64,000 bases of DNA from the human T2T-CHM13v2.0 reference genome, Homo sapiens. Both the position numbers and the translations under genes were made by a program. The first letter of the stretch is position 1; each line of letters starts with the position of its first letter. The notes under the pieces were generated by a model. The model was not told the origin of the DNA. It was given only the letters and a program-made list of their open reading frames with translations, and searched no databases. Below are positions 42,578 to 56,060 of the stretch, piece by piece. The stretch lies in assembly GCF_009914755.1 (NCBI RefSeq), contig NC_060933.1; one strand, 5' to 3'.

Positions 42578-43823
42578 CTCTCCCTCTCCGTCTCCCACTT
42601 TCCACGGTCTCCCTCTGATGCCCAGCCGAGGCTGGACTGTACTGCCGCCATCTCGGCTCACTGCAACCTCCCTGCCTGATTCTCCTGCCTCAGCCTGCCA
42701 AGTGCCTGGGATTGCGGGCGGGTGCCGCCACGCCTGACTGGTTTTTGTATTTTTTGGTGGAGACGAGGTTTCGCCGCGTTGGCCGGGCTGGTCTCCAGCT
42801 CCTGACGGCGAGTGATCTGCCCACCTGGGCCTCCCGAGGCGCCGGGATTGCAGACGGAGTCTCGCTCACTCAGTGCTCAATGTCGCCCAGGCTGGAGTGC
42901 AGTGGCGTGATCTCCGCTCGCTACAACCTCCACCTCCCAGCCGCCTGCCTTGGCCTCCCAAAGTACCAAGATGGCAGCCTCCGCCCGGCGGCCACCCCGT
43001 CTGGGAAGTGAGGAGCCTCTCTGCCTGGCTGCCCATCGTCTGGGATGTGAGGAGCCCCTCTGCCCAGCCACCCAGTCTGGGAAGTGAGGAGCGTCTCTGC
43101 CCGGCCGCCATCCCGTCTAAGTGAGGAGGGTCTCTGCCCAGCCGCCCATCGTCTGAGATGTGGGGAGCGCCTCTGCCCCGCCGCCCCGTCTGGGATGTGA
43201 GGAGCGCCTCTGCCCGGCCGCCCCGTCTGAGAAGTGAGGAGCCCCTCTGCCCGGCAGCCACCCCATCTGGGAGGTGTACCCAACAGCTCATTGAGAACGG
43301 GCCATGATGACGATGGCGGTTTTGTCGAATAGAAAAGGGGGAAATGTGGGGAAAAGAAAGAGAGATCAGATTGTTACTGTGTCTGTATAGAAAGAAGTAG
43401 ACATAGGAGACTCCATTTTGTTCTGTACTAAGAAAAATTCTTCTGCCTTGGGATGCTGTTAATCTATAACCTTACCCCCAACCCCGTGCTCTCTGAAACA
43501 TGTGCTGTGTCCACTCAGGGTTAAATGGATTAAGGGCGGTGCAAGATGTGCTTTGTTAAACAGATGCTTGAAGGCAGCATGCTCCTTAAGAGTCATCACC
43601 ACTCCGTAATCTCAAGTACCCAGGGACACAAACACTGCGGAAGGCCGCAGGGTCCTCTGCCTAGGAAAACCAGAGACCCTTGTTCACATGTTTATCTGAT
43701 GACCTTCCCTCCACTATTGTCCTATGACCCTGGCAAATCCCCCTCTCCAAGAAACACCCAAGAATGATCAATAAATACTAAAAAAAATAAATAAATAAAC
43801 ATAAATAAATAAAAATAAAAAAC
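42578..43823 (+). mobile_element. SVA retrotransposon, old subfamily (SVA_B-like)
   Basis: Residual CCCTCT head, Alu-like domain, short VNTR (~42990-43275), SINE-R with old-type gaaaagaaagagagatcagattgttactg, AATAAA at 43770, A-tail; TSD aaaaaaagatt at 42567-42577 and 43824-43834. Confidence 0.98.
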
Positions 43824-44974
43824 AAAAAAAGATTATTATGCACATAACTGTATATAAAAATGCATCATGTATATGCCATATAATAAAATACGTGCTTAAC
43901 TTCTTTATCTAATTGTCATACTAGCTTGCTGTTGGGAACTATAAGCAATTTGTATTATTTAAGGCATGCTATTTGTCAATAATTCAGAGAGATTTTCAAG
44001 AATGTGCACCACGATTATTTATTGCTTTATTCAAAGCCTTTCAGAATTTATAGTCCCTAATCTGTAGTTTATATTTTACGAATCCTTAGGTATGCAAAAA
44101 CTGAGAGAGGAGTCCAGTTCCATTTTAAATTAAGCTATTATCCTTGAAAAGAACTGTAATATTAAAATTTGATCATATATTTTACTGTCTTGTTGTTTGG
44201 CAAATGTGCTTTCCTCAGTCCGTGCACTGATCAGTTTGTAGTCATTATTTAAAACCATCCTGCTGGCCTTTGTTCTTTCTGTGAAAAGGCTTAATTCAGA
44301 AGACTTAAAAGATTTTAGTGAATATGACTGCTGCTCTACCATCACGTCTTAAAAAATTGTTGGCTGTTATTATTTGGGGGGCACTTACATTCTTTGGAAA
44401 GAAAATAAACAGGTTATTCATATAGAATTTCAACATTTTTAATCATTCTTAACACATTTGATTTATAAAAATCTCTAAGTACTCTGAGAAGTCAAAACCC
44501 ATATTGCTAGCAATCCTACATGTAACTCACTAGAGGGTTTGTAAATGCCACTTAATAACATGATAGATAATCTTGACACTTTACTCAAGAATTCTGCATT
44601 TTTATGTTTTTAGTCCACCATATTAAGAGGTTTTAAAAGTATTTAAGTATACGTATTTTGATATTTCTGATTAGTTTGACTCACTACACAGTTTAAAACA
44701 CCTCAAGTGGCAAAATATACACTAATAGATACCAATTTGAGGCTCTATTTTGAACAAAACACTGTTTCAGGTGTGCTGGGGCCAAGCAGAGAAATAAATT
44801 ATTGTTACAATTTATGAATTACATTTGCTTATTTCCTTATTTCACTAGAGAATTAATTTCTGAAACAAAATGACTGGAGTCTGTGATTACAAATAATGTC
44901 ATCATTCTGTTTTATATAATAAAGTCAATCCCATGGCAATTGTGGCTTTTTCTTTTTTAATACTCAAATGCAGT

Positions 44975-45220
44975 TGAGTATTGTGGATGAGATCCTTAAT
45001 GAGACATCCTTGGTTTGAATCTTGGTCCTTTCTACTTCCCGCTTGTCTGATCTGGTGCATATCTTCAGACTGTTCATTATCTGTAATCGGATGATTAAAA
45101 TACTATCTACCTCGTAGTGTTGTTTCAAGGATTAAATGAATTTCACACATTCAGCAACTAGATCAGTGACATCAGTGTGTGGCACAAAGCAGGTACTATA
45201 AAAGTGTTCTTATCCTTGTT
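44975..45220 (+). mobile_element. MIR SINE
   Basis: ggtttgaatcttggtcc…tatctgtaatcggatgattaaaatactatctacctcgtagtgttgtttcaaggattaaatga. Confidence 0.8.
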
Positions 45221-45714
45221 ATATTGAAGTCTGTAAACAAATTTCACTAATAAAGTGGTTTTCTAAGTATTCATGTGTGTTTTTCAATTAGAAATTAGGC
45301 TCATTTTAATTTACTTGTTCTTAATACGAATGCTTTCTTAGCTCCTTCTAAAACTATCTGAACAAAATGAGACAACACTAAACCTCACCCTACTCGTATG
45401 TTACATACCACAGTAACTTCATAGCGTCAGTTAAAGGTATTATTTTCGAATTAAAGCTTAATTATTTCTTCTGTGGGAAGAAGGAGAAGCAAATATGAAA
45501 GCCTACCTCTGGAGCAAAGAAAGAGCTTTCCTGTTAGCTTCTGAATTAAAAATTCCTTACACTTCTTATTTATATCCTTAATAATTTACAGTTTCATCAG
45601 TGAGACTAGTAGAAGAAGCTTCAAGTTCAAGAGCAATTCCAAATTGTTTTGAAGAGGTATTATCAATAGATTATTACATGCAAATAGAAGAATACACAAA
45701 GAAAGCTTTGTACT

Positions 45715-47497
45715 TTATTGTGTATATATATGGCACATTTTCTTCCTTCATTAATCCATTGGTGGACACTCAGGCTTTTCCATACGTTGGTCATTGTGAA
45801 TGATGCTTCAGGGAACATGGGGGTACAGACATATTTTTAAGATACTGATTTCATTTACTTTGAATATGTGCCTTTAAGAGTGATTGATGGATTTTACGGT
45901 AACTCTATTTTTATTTTTTTTTGAAGATCATTCATACTTTTTCCATAATGGCTATACCAATTTACATTCCCACCAACAGTAGACAGAGTTCCCATTTCTC
46001 CACACTCTCACCAAAACTTGTTATCTTCTTTTTTTATATTGGCCACCCTAACATGTGGGAAGGAATATCTCATTGTACTTTTGATATGCATTTTCCTGAT
46101 TAGTGTTGTTCACCTCTCTGATGATTAATGATTTACCTAGTGGCCATTTGTATGTCTTCTGAAAAAATGTCTATTCATTTAAAAAAATCAGATTATTCAT
46201 TTGTTTCATTTCGTTTTGTTAGCTATTGAGTTGTATGAGTTTCTTATATATTTTGGATTTTGCCTCATGTCAGATACATGGTTTGCAATTATTTTTTCTT
46301 ATAACATTGGTTGCCTTTTCATCTATGAGTTGTTTCCATTGTTGTGCATAAGGATTCTAGTTTGATGTAGTCTCATGTTTATTTTTGCTTTTGTTTTCTC
46401 CGTTTTTGGAATCAGATCCAAGAAATCACTGTGAAGAGCATATCAATGAGCATTTCTCTTATGTTTTATTTTGGGAGTTTTATGGTTTCAGACCTTATAT
46501 TTAGAGATCCTTAATCCATTTTGAGTTGATTTTTGTGTGTGGTATGAGTTTAATTCCATTTGTTTGTATGTGAATATATAATTTTCTTAACATCATTTAT
46601 TGATCATCCTATCTTTTCTCCATTGTATATTCTTTAAGCTCTTGTCAAGGATTAGTTGCCCATATATAGATGATTTTATTTCTGTCTCCATATTCTGTTC
46701 TTTTGGTTTATGTGTCTGTTTTCATACCAATACCATACTGTTTTGATTACTATAGACTTGTAATATAGTTTGAAATCAGGTAATGTGATGTCTCCAGCTA
46801 TTTGTTCTTTCTCAAGATTCTTTGACTATTCATGAGATTTTGTGGTTCCATATAAATTTTAGAAGTTCTTTTAATTTAAAAAATAACTTAAGAAGTTTGG
46901 TAGATATTGAACTGATCTGTATGCCACATTGGATAGTATAGATATTTTAGCAATATTAATTGTTCCAATTCACAACCATGGGATTTCTTTCCAATTATGT
47001 GTATTCTTCAATATCTTCCCTCAATGTTTTATAGTTTTCAGTGTCCTTCATCTCCTTGGTTAAATGTATTCCTAAGTATTTTATTTTTATAGCTCTTGCA
47101 AATGAGATTGCTTTTTTAAAATTATTTTTCAGGCATTTCATTGTTAGTGTATTGAAATGCTACCACTTGTGTATGTTGATTTAGAATCCTGCAACTTTAC
47201 TGAATTTATTATGTCTCACCAGTTATTTTTTTTTGTGGGGGTGTTAACATTTCTCTACACAAGATTATGTCATTTGTAAACCAAAACCATGTACCTTCTT
47301 CCCTTCCAATGTGGATGTCTTTTATTTTTGTTCTTGCCTAATTGTTGTTTAGGATTTTCAGTACTATGTTCAATGAAACTGGTAAGAATGATAACCCTTG
47401 TCTTCTTCTAGATATTAGAAAAAAAGCTTTCAGCATTTCACCATTGAGCGTGAGTCAGCTGTAGGCTTGTCATATATGGCCTTTATCATGTTGAGGT
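45715..47497 (-). mobile_element. Old L1 (L1MA/L1MB age) ORF2 3' half
   Basis: Antisense ORF2 hallmarks: aatttacattcccaccaacagt, ccatactgttttgattactatag, ccattttgagttgatttttgtg. Confidence 0.9.
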
Positions 47498-48345
47498 TAC
47501 CCCAAACAATAGGCTGGTATTTAAAGTTCTTTTGTGATTTAACTATGTATTTTCTGAAAACAAGCATAATACAAGATAGTATCCACCAGTTATTAATGCC
47601 CTATAATAACGAAAGCCATCTGTCATTAGAGTCTGTTTCTATGAAAAAAATAGCAAACTATACCTACTAAACTGTAATCAACAGATTATAGTTGATAAAC
47701 AGAATCTGGATACCCAGATTTCCATTTTATCATTTCAGCTAGTTATTGTTTAATTACAAAGGCCACATATTTCCTTGCTTTCCTGAACATTTGCCATCTG
47801 TTCCCAATACTAGATATAACTACCCTTCTCTATTCCTCACCTAAATCCTTATACTGCTGATGACTTTGGAAAATAGTACAGGGTTTTACAGTCTAATCAT
47901 GACAATACATCTCCAGGATCCTTGAGCCAAATACATTCCTCAGAATACTTTTTTTAAAAAACTGAAATTGATTACTTGTACTTTGTCATCACCAAAAATA
48001 TCTGTAGCAAGACATACTGTTCTCAGCATCCACTTCTACCATCCTCACTATTGTAACTCACAGTAGACTATGCCTCCTACTTTACTGAAAAGATACAAAC
48101 CATTACCTAGCAATCATTCTTCCACCTTAAACATATTCCATATTTTCTACCTCTTCTCTCCCATAGTTCTTGCATCAGAATGTGTTCATCCTGAAATTAT
48201 TCTTTGTGCTTCAATTTTTCATTCTTAGCTTAATCCAGGATTTGCATTAATTGTTTCCTCTTGCCTTTGGACCCTTCATCCATTTACTTGCTTCCCTGTA
48301 CCCAAAGCACATATGCAGAATTTTTCTTTAATTCTAAAAATGTTT

Positions 48346-48382
48346 ACACACACACACACACACATGCACATGCACACACACA
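48346..48382. repeat. Imperfect (CA)n
   Basis: Seen directly. Confidence 0.9.
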
Positions 48383-48599
48383 TATAATAGAAAACTCTAA
48401 GAGTGGTCCTAAAGATGAAACAAAGTGATCAAATGTACTGAGTGCAGACAAAAAAGTTCAAAACCTCAGTAACAGGCAAGAAATTAAAGTTGAGAGGACA
48501 AAAATATTTTTAGAATATTTTCTCCAGAGATGCATAGTGTATATTTGACTTTTTAAGAATACTTTTTAAAAATGTCCTATTCCATACCATCTCTCAACT

Positions 48600-49100
48600 A
48601 ACCTGTTATCACCTTGTTATTGGTTTTCTGTCTCCCCACATTTTAAGAAAACTGCTCACTCAAAGCTTATCAATGATCTTCTTGACACAAACTGATGATG
48701 TAACTCTTTTTTCAGCCTCCTCTGGAGCCTCTGTAGCACTGCTGACGAGAGCTTTCCAATTGTTTTTTTCTTTCATTACTTTACGTGAAAGAATTCCCAT
48801 TGTTCTGCTTTTATTTCTCTGCTTTCAGTTACTAAGGTATTTATCCTCCTTTCGACCTTTAAAAATTCCTTCCATCTCTAATTTCAGTGTTTTAGTTCCT
48901 TAACTTTACTGTCCTCTACTTGGTCCTCAACTATCACCTTATGCAAAAACGTCTAGCTCTATATTTCTTGTCTTAACCTATCCTTTAAGTCATACTTACA
49001 TGTCCAATGACTTTTTTTACATCTCCACTCTGATGCCCCAGCCACACCTCAAACTCAACATTTTTTAAACCTGCCATCACCCACATTATTTTGCTTTACA
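48600..49100 (+). mobile_element. L2 relic
   Basis: aaactgctcactcaaagcttatcaatgatcttct…catctccactctgatg…cacctcaaactcaacat. Confidence 0.65.
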
Positions 49101-50392
49101 GTAGTTTTTAATTCCTTTTGTTCGTGATCTCTCTCCTTCTCTCTCTCCCCTTTTGTCTCTCCCATTCGTCACCATATAATTTGGATAGAAACTTTATGGG
49201 ACATATTCATCCTTTGTTGAGAACCAATACAATATGTTCTCCAAATTCTGTGAAATGATTGGTAAAACCTTTGTTCATTAAGTTGTTCAAAATTTCAGCG
49301 ATGTAGATCTTTCTTCATCATTTATTTATAAGGAAAAAACTATTACTCCTACTGAATGTGATTACTTTCAGTAGAATATAAAATATGTAAAACCAATTGT
49401 GTTACCTTTTTTGCTTTGACTGCTAGGAAATCACAAAATAAGATGTAATGTAGTTACAAAAAATATTAGAAGTTTGTTTCTAATCCCTTGTTCTTCTATT
49501 TCTGTTTTAATTCTCATATTATATAGCTGTCTTTGTTATAAGCCAACCCAAAATTGTTTATGCCTCAGGCTCACTAGAACCAAGTAGAAAGAAGTCTTGT
49601 AGTCTTTGTCTATTACATAAAGATGAAATACACAGATAGTTTGGGCTCATTAAGTAAACTACTTCAGACTCTGTTCCATTCATAAAACCCGATAAGGCTA
49701 AGCAACTTCAGCAGCAGGAGAAATAGGAACCTATAAAAATGTAACAGAAAAATACAACAAATTAAATGGGTATAGTTTTAAAGTGCTGTTTTGAAATACC
49801 ATTTCATAGCTATCATTGTTTAAAAACCTGATAATAATTTTTGAAGCTCCATTTACCAAGTGAATCAAAACCTCTGCATAACGTGTATTGCACTTGCCAT
49901 GCAATCACTAAGCATGATGGTGTTGGTTAGCACTATTAGAGGTGGAAACATTTCAATTTATTTTTGTTTGTTTAAAAGATCAAAGTGAGAACTTTAACTC
50001 TAGAGACACATTAAATCCAGAGATTAGGACTATAGTTTAAGAAAATCAATTTTTTTCTTGTTTGTTTGCTAGTTTTCATTAACAAATGTTATGGATCAGT
50101 CGTCAAATAGATAGCACCTTTCTCTGGAAAAAGAACACAAATTCTGGCAAAACAGTAAGGCAGGCTTTGATGCAGACTCAGACACAGCAGATTTGTCCCA
50201 GATTCAGAGATTCATCTTTTTCAGTGTGTTTTCTTTTCTTACTAACCATCTCTTACAGGCAATGCAATGGAAACACATTTGTAGTCTATTTTATACTTCC
50301 TTAATTTTCTTCAAACAGCTTTGCAGATGATACAGAATATAACTCATTTCTGTATCTAGGACTTTCTTTGTTAGAAAATTCATTGCATATAT

Positions 50393-50560
50393 ATAGGCTG
50401 CCCCCAATTCATGAACAGGTAGTAGTCCAAAAACTAATTGTTTAAATCAGTAGCTAGGAATATGAAGCACATTTTTTCTTTAAATTGACTTTATATGAAG
50501 TACTGTATACTGGTTTCAGAATTACTTATAAAAGCCAAAATAGCTCCAATTTCTTGAGAC
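50393..50560 (+). mobile_element. Old Tigger-type DNA transposon end
   Basis: ta-ggctgcccccaattcatgaacaggtagtagtccaaaa resembles a recalled Tigger terminus. Confidence 0.45.
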
Positions 50561-52437
50561 TCTGTTAAATGTCAGAAAAAATATTGTATATTATACACAT
50601 CTCATTGTTTTATTAACTTTTTTCTTTTTTATTGAGCTAATGCATATAATCAGAAACTTCCTGACGTGCACATATCTTAAATGTAGAGCTGGAGTTTCAG
50701 TAACAGTTTATTGAAGTATAATTTGAATGCCATAAAATTCATTCATTTTAAGGGTTCAATTAAACAATTTATTTTTATATGTGTATATACCTATAAAATG
50801 GCTACCTGGATCGGGATATTGAAAGTTTCCTTTTGCCTCTTTTCAGTCATACCCATGCCATTCCATGGAAGTAACCATTATTTGAACTTCTATTTCCACA
50901 GATTGTTTTTTCCTGCTCATGACTTTATATTCATGAAATTAGTCATCATATAGTCTATAAAGTCTTGGTTATTTCTGAGAACGCTTCTTTCAGTGTCTTC
51001 ACGTGTATTAGTAGTGTAGCATTCCATTTTAAGAATACACCACACTTCATTTATTTCTTCTACTATTGACAGACATTAAAATTATTTCCATTTTGGGGCT
51101 GTTATAGATAAAGCTGCCATGAGTACTGAAATCTCTAGGTGAACTATTACTGGATCAAAGAGACAGTGTATGTTTACTTGTAGCAGAAACTTTCAGAAAG
51201 TTTCCAAAGTAGCTGTGGCAATTTTTATTCCCACCAGCAAGGTATGAGTGTTCCTATTTCTGTTTATTACTACCAAAACACACTGTCAGTCAATAGAAAT
51301 GTTGTTGGGTGTGTTGTGCTACTTCATTGTAATTTAAATTTGCATACCTTTTTTGAAAACATAAAATTGACATACCCATAGCCAGACTAACTAAACAAAT
51401 AGAGATAAGACTTATATATAAAATCAGAAATGTAAAGGATCATAAGGAACCTTTATTAATAGCTATACACCAACAAATTTGATAAATTAGAGAAAATTGA
51501 TACATTACTCAAAAATATGAATTACAAAAGTGAATCAGGAATAAATAGAAAGCCTGAACAGACCAATAACAATAAAAGAGATTGAAGCATTAATTAAAAA
51601 TCTCCCAGGAAAGAAAAACCCAGGACCCAATGGCTTTATAGCTGAATTTGACCAAACTTTTAAATAAAAATTAATATTAATCCTTCTTAACTTCTTCCAT
51701 AATAGAGCTGGAGGGCATAATTTCACATTTTATGAAGCCAGCATCACCTTGAGACCTAAGACAAAGATATCCCAAGGAAAGAAAACTATAGGCCAATATC
51801 TCTGAAGAACATTATTGCAAAAATTACTCGACAAAATATTAGCAAATTAAATTCAACATCCCATCAAAAGAGTATATTTCATGATCAAGTGGGATTTATC
51901 CTTATCTAAAAGGTTGTTTTAACATATGCAAATCAACCAATGGATACATCATGTTAACAGACTGAAAGATATAACCACATGATCATAACAACTGAAGCAG
52001 GTAAAAACATTAGACAAAATTCAACGTTCTTTCTTGACAAAGCCTCTCAACAGTTTAGACATAGACGAAAAGTTCTTCACCGTAGTAAAGGACATTTGTT
52101 TAAAAAGCACAGCTAACATCATAATAAGTGGGGAGAAACTGAAAGCTTTTCCTTTAACATCTGGTACGAAGCAAAGATGCCCATTCTTGCCACTTCTATT
52201 TAACACAGTACTGAAGTACTACAAAGAGTAGACAAGAAAAAGAAATAAATGCTATCCAAGTAAAAAAGGAAGAAGAAAAATTATCTGTATTTGCAAATGA
52301 TACCCTTTATGTAGAAAACGTCAAAGACACCACCAAAAACTGTTAGGTCTAATAAATGAATTCAATAAAGTTGCAGAATATAAAATCAACATGCAAAACA
52401 TCATATCATTTCTTTTATTTTTTAACTTTAAAAAGGA

Positions 52438-53364
52438 TTTTTTTTTATTACACTTTTAAGTCCTGGGGTATATGTGCAGAACATGGAGGTTTGTTACATA
52501 GTTACACACGTTCCGTGGTGGTTTGCTGCACCTATCAACCCGTCATCTACATTAGGTATTTCTCCTAATGCTATCCCTCCCCTAGCCCCCCATCCATGAC
52601 AGGCCCCAGTGTGTGATGTTCCTCTCTCTGTGTCCCTGTGTTCTCATCGTTCAGCTCCCACTCATGAGTAAGAACATCTGGTGTTCGGTTCTCTGTCCTT
52701 GTGCCAGTTTGCTGAGAATGATGGTTCCTAGCTTCATCCATGTCCCTGCAAAAGACATGAACTTATCCTTTTTTATGGCTGCATAATATTCCATGGTGTA
52801 GATGTGCCACATTGTCTTTATCCAATGTATTATTGATGGGCATTTGGGTTTGTTCTGAGTCTTTGCTGAATTGTGAATTGTGCCGCAATAGACATATATG
52901 TGCATGCGTCTTTACAGTAGAATGATTTATAATCCTTTGGGTATATACCCAGTAATGGGATTGCTGGGTCAAATGGTATTACTGGTTCTAGATCCTTGAG
53001 GAATCACCACACCATCTTCCACAATGGTTGAACTAATTTACACTCCCACCAACAGTGTAAAAGCATTCCTACTTCTCCACATCCTCTCCAGCATCTGTTG
53101 TTTCCTGACTTTTTAATGATCGCCATTCTAACTAACATGAGATGGTATCTCACTGTGGTTTTGATTTGCATTTCTCTAACGACCCGTGATGAAGAGCTTT
53201 TTTTTTTTCATACGTTTGTTGGTTGCCTAAATGTCTTCTTTTGAGAAGTGTCTGTTCACACCCTTTGCCCACTTTTTGATGGGATTGTTTTTTCTTGTAA
53301 ATTTATTTAAGTTCCTTGTGGATTCTGGATATTAGCCCTTTGTCAGATGGATAGATTGCAAAAT
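52438..53364 (-). mobile_element. 5'-truncated L1PA7-like LINE
   Basis: T-tract, then ggtggtttgctgcacctatcaacccgtcatctacattaggtatttctcc (PA7-type 3' UTR); ORF2 C-terminus at 52651-52905. Confidence 0.95.
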
Positions 53365-53465
53365 AAATTTATCAGTATTTTAATTAAATATTTTAAAGAA
53401 ATAATATTAAGAAAAGAAATTTAATAGTATAGTTTCTCCTTAAATATTAACTGCACTTTTTCCAA

Positions 53466-53606
53466 TTTTTTATTATGGCAAATATATATAACATAAAACT
53501 TCCTATTTTAACAATTTTAAGTGTACAGTTAAGTGGCATTAAATACATTCATAATGTTGTGTAGTCAGAGAGTTTCGGAGATGGATGGCGGTGATGGTTA
53601 CCCAAC
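53466..53606 (-). mobile_element. Short L1MB-type 3' end with inverted 5' segment
   Basis: 53466-53567 antisense 3' terminus (ttaagtgtacagttaagtggcattaaatacattc); 53568-53606 sense ggagatggatggcggtgatggtt. Confidence 0.7.
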
Positions 53607-55137
53607 TTTGGAGCATATCTATACACAAATAACGACCTAGACCAAAAATAAATCAAGAAAACAATCCCATTTACAATAGCATAAAAAGCTTAGGAATAAA
53701 CTCAACCAAGGAGGTGAAAGACCCGTAAACTGAAAACTAGAAAATACAGATAAAAAAAATTAAATAGGACACAAATAAGTGAAAAGCTATTCCATGCTTA
53801 TGGATCAGAAACACTAACTGTTAAAATGTTAACACTACATAAAGCAATAAATAGATTCAATGCAGTCCCTATCAAAATCCCAGTGGCATTATTCACAAAA
53901 ATAGATAAAAAAACCCTAAAATTTGTATGAAACCACAAAAGATCTTGAATAGCCAAAACAATTCTGAAAAAAAAAAAAGTTGAAAACATCATACTTCCTG
54001 ATTCAAAAGTATATTACAAAGCTATAGCAATCAAAAGAATGTGATACTTGCATACAGATACACAGACCAGTGGAAGAGATTAAAGAGCCCCAAAATAAAT
54101 CTAAACATATACAGTCAACTAATTTTTGACAAGGGCACCAAAAATACACATGAGGAAAGGACAATGTCTTCAATAAATTTGCTGGATTTACATATCTGGA
54201 TTTACAAACCTGGATTGACATATCCGAGACAATGAAATGGAATCCTTCTCTTACACCATACACAAAAATCAACTCAAAATGGATGAGAGACCTAAACATA
54301 AGACTTGAAATCATAAAACTCCTAGTAGAGAACATAGAGGAAAAGCTCCTTGACATTAGTCTTAGCAATGATTTATTGGGTATCACACCAGAAACTTAGG
54401 CTACAAAAGCAAACATAAATAAAAGAAACGGCATCAAATAAAAAGTTTCTTCTCAGCAAAAGAAAAAATCAACAAAATGAGAAGGTAATCAACAGACTGG
54501 GAAAAAACATATTTTCAAACCATATAACAAATAAGGGGTTAATATCCAAGATTTACACATAATTCATACAACTTAATATAGTAAGAAATATATAACCTGA
54601 TTAAAAACTGGACAAAAGACTCGAATAGACATTTCTCCAAAGATGACATAAAAATGTCTAACAAGGACATGAAAAAGTGCTCAACACCACTAATTCCACA
54701 GGAAATACAATTCAAAACTCTATATATCCTCATAACTGTTAGGATAACTATTATAAAAAAGATAAGAGATAACAGGTGTTGGTAAGAATGGGGGAAAAAA
54801 GGAAACTCTTGTACTGTGTTGGTGCAGGCATTATGGGAAACAGTGTCAGATTTCTAATGAAATTAAAAATAGAACTACCATTCTAAGAAAATAAAATCAC
54901 CACCTCATAAAGATATCTGCAATCCTATGTTCATTGTAGCTTTATTCACAATAGTCGAGCTATGAAAATAATCTAGGTGCCTATCAATGAAAAAATGGAT
55001 GAAGAAACTATCATAGTTTATGAACATTATTCAGCCTTTTGCAAAGGAGATCCTGTCACTTGTCACAATATGAATGGACCTAGAGGATACTATGCTGGAT
55101 CAAATAAGCCAGACACAGAAAAAAACATGTTGCATGA

Positions 55138-55456
<319 letters not shown>

Positions 55457-55904
55457 TATCTTGCTTGTATGTGAAATTTTAAAAAAGATCAAATATATAG
55501 AGATGGAAAATAAAATACTGGTTACCAGGGTCAGGCTGTGGGAGGCAGAAGCTATGAGGAGATGTAGGTCAATCGATACAAAGTATCAAATATTTAGGAT
55601 TAACACATTGAGAGATTTAATGTAAACTATGAGGAATGACAGTTAGCGTATTATATACAGGAGTTTTGGTAAATGAGTAAATTATAGCTGCTTTTGTCAC
55701 AAGGGGGCAAAAATAAGTAAATATGTGAGCTGACAGTACACAATACAGTTTATTTTAAAAAATAAAATAAAATTGCCTTTCTCTCTTAAGGAATTCATGT
55801 AGAAATATTTCTATATGAATATTGGTCATTTCCTTTTTATTTGAATGTGTAGGAGTATTTTATATAATCTGCAAATGAGTCTACTATCTATCTCAGTGAC
55901 TTTT

Positions 55905-56060
55905 AAGAAAGGTAATATGATCTACACTTAAATGATGGTAAAAATGAGATTCTGGAAGGTAAACTAATTCACCAAACACACACATCTTGTAAGTGGTAGA
56001 AGCAGTACCGGATTTAGCCTGCCTCATTCAAAAGCCTGTGCTCTTTAGAGCATTCCACAC
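55905..56060 (-). mobile_element. MIR SINE
   Basis: gatggtaaaaatgagattctggaaggtaaactaattcaccaaa…cttgtaagtggtagaagcag…caaaagcctgtgctctt. Confidence 0.75.

Noticed and set aside
42712-43291. Several overlapping GC-rich ORFs and CpG-island-like composition
   Set aside because: Entirely within the SVA Alu-like/VNTR domains; not a gene promoter
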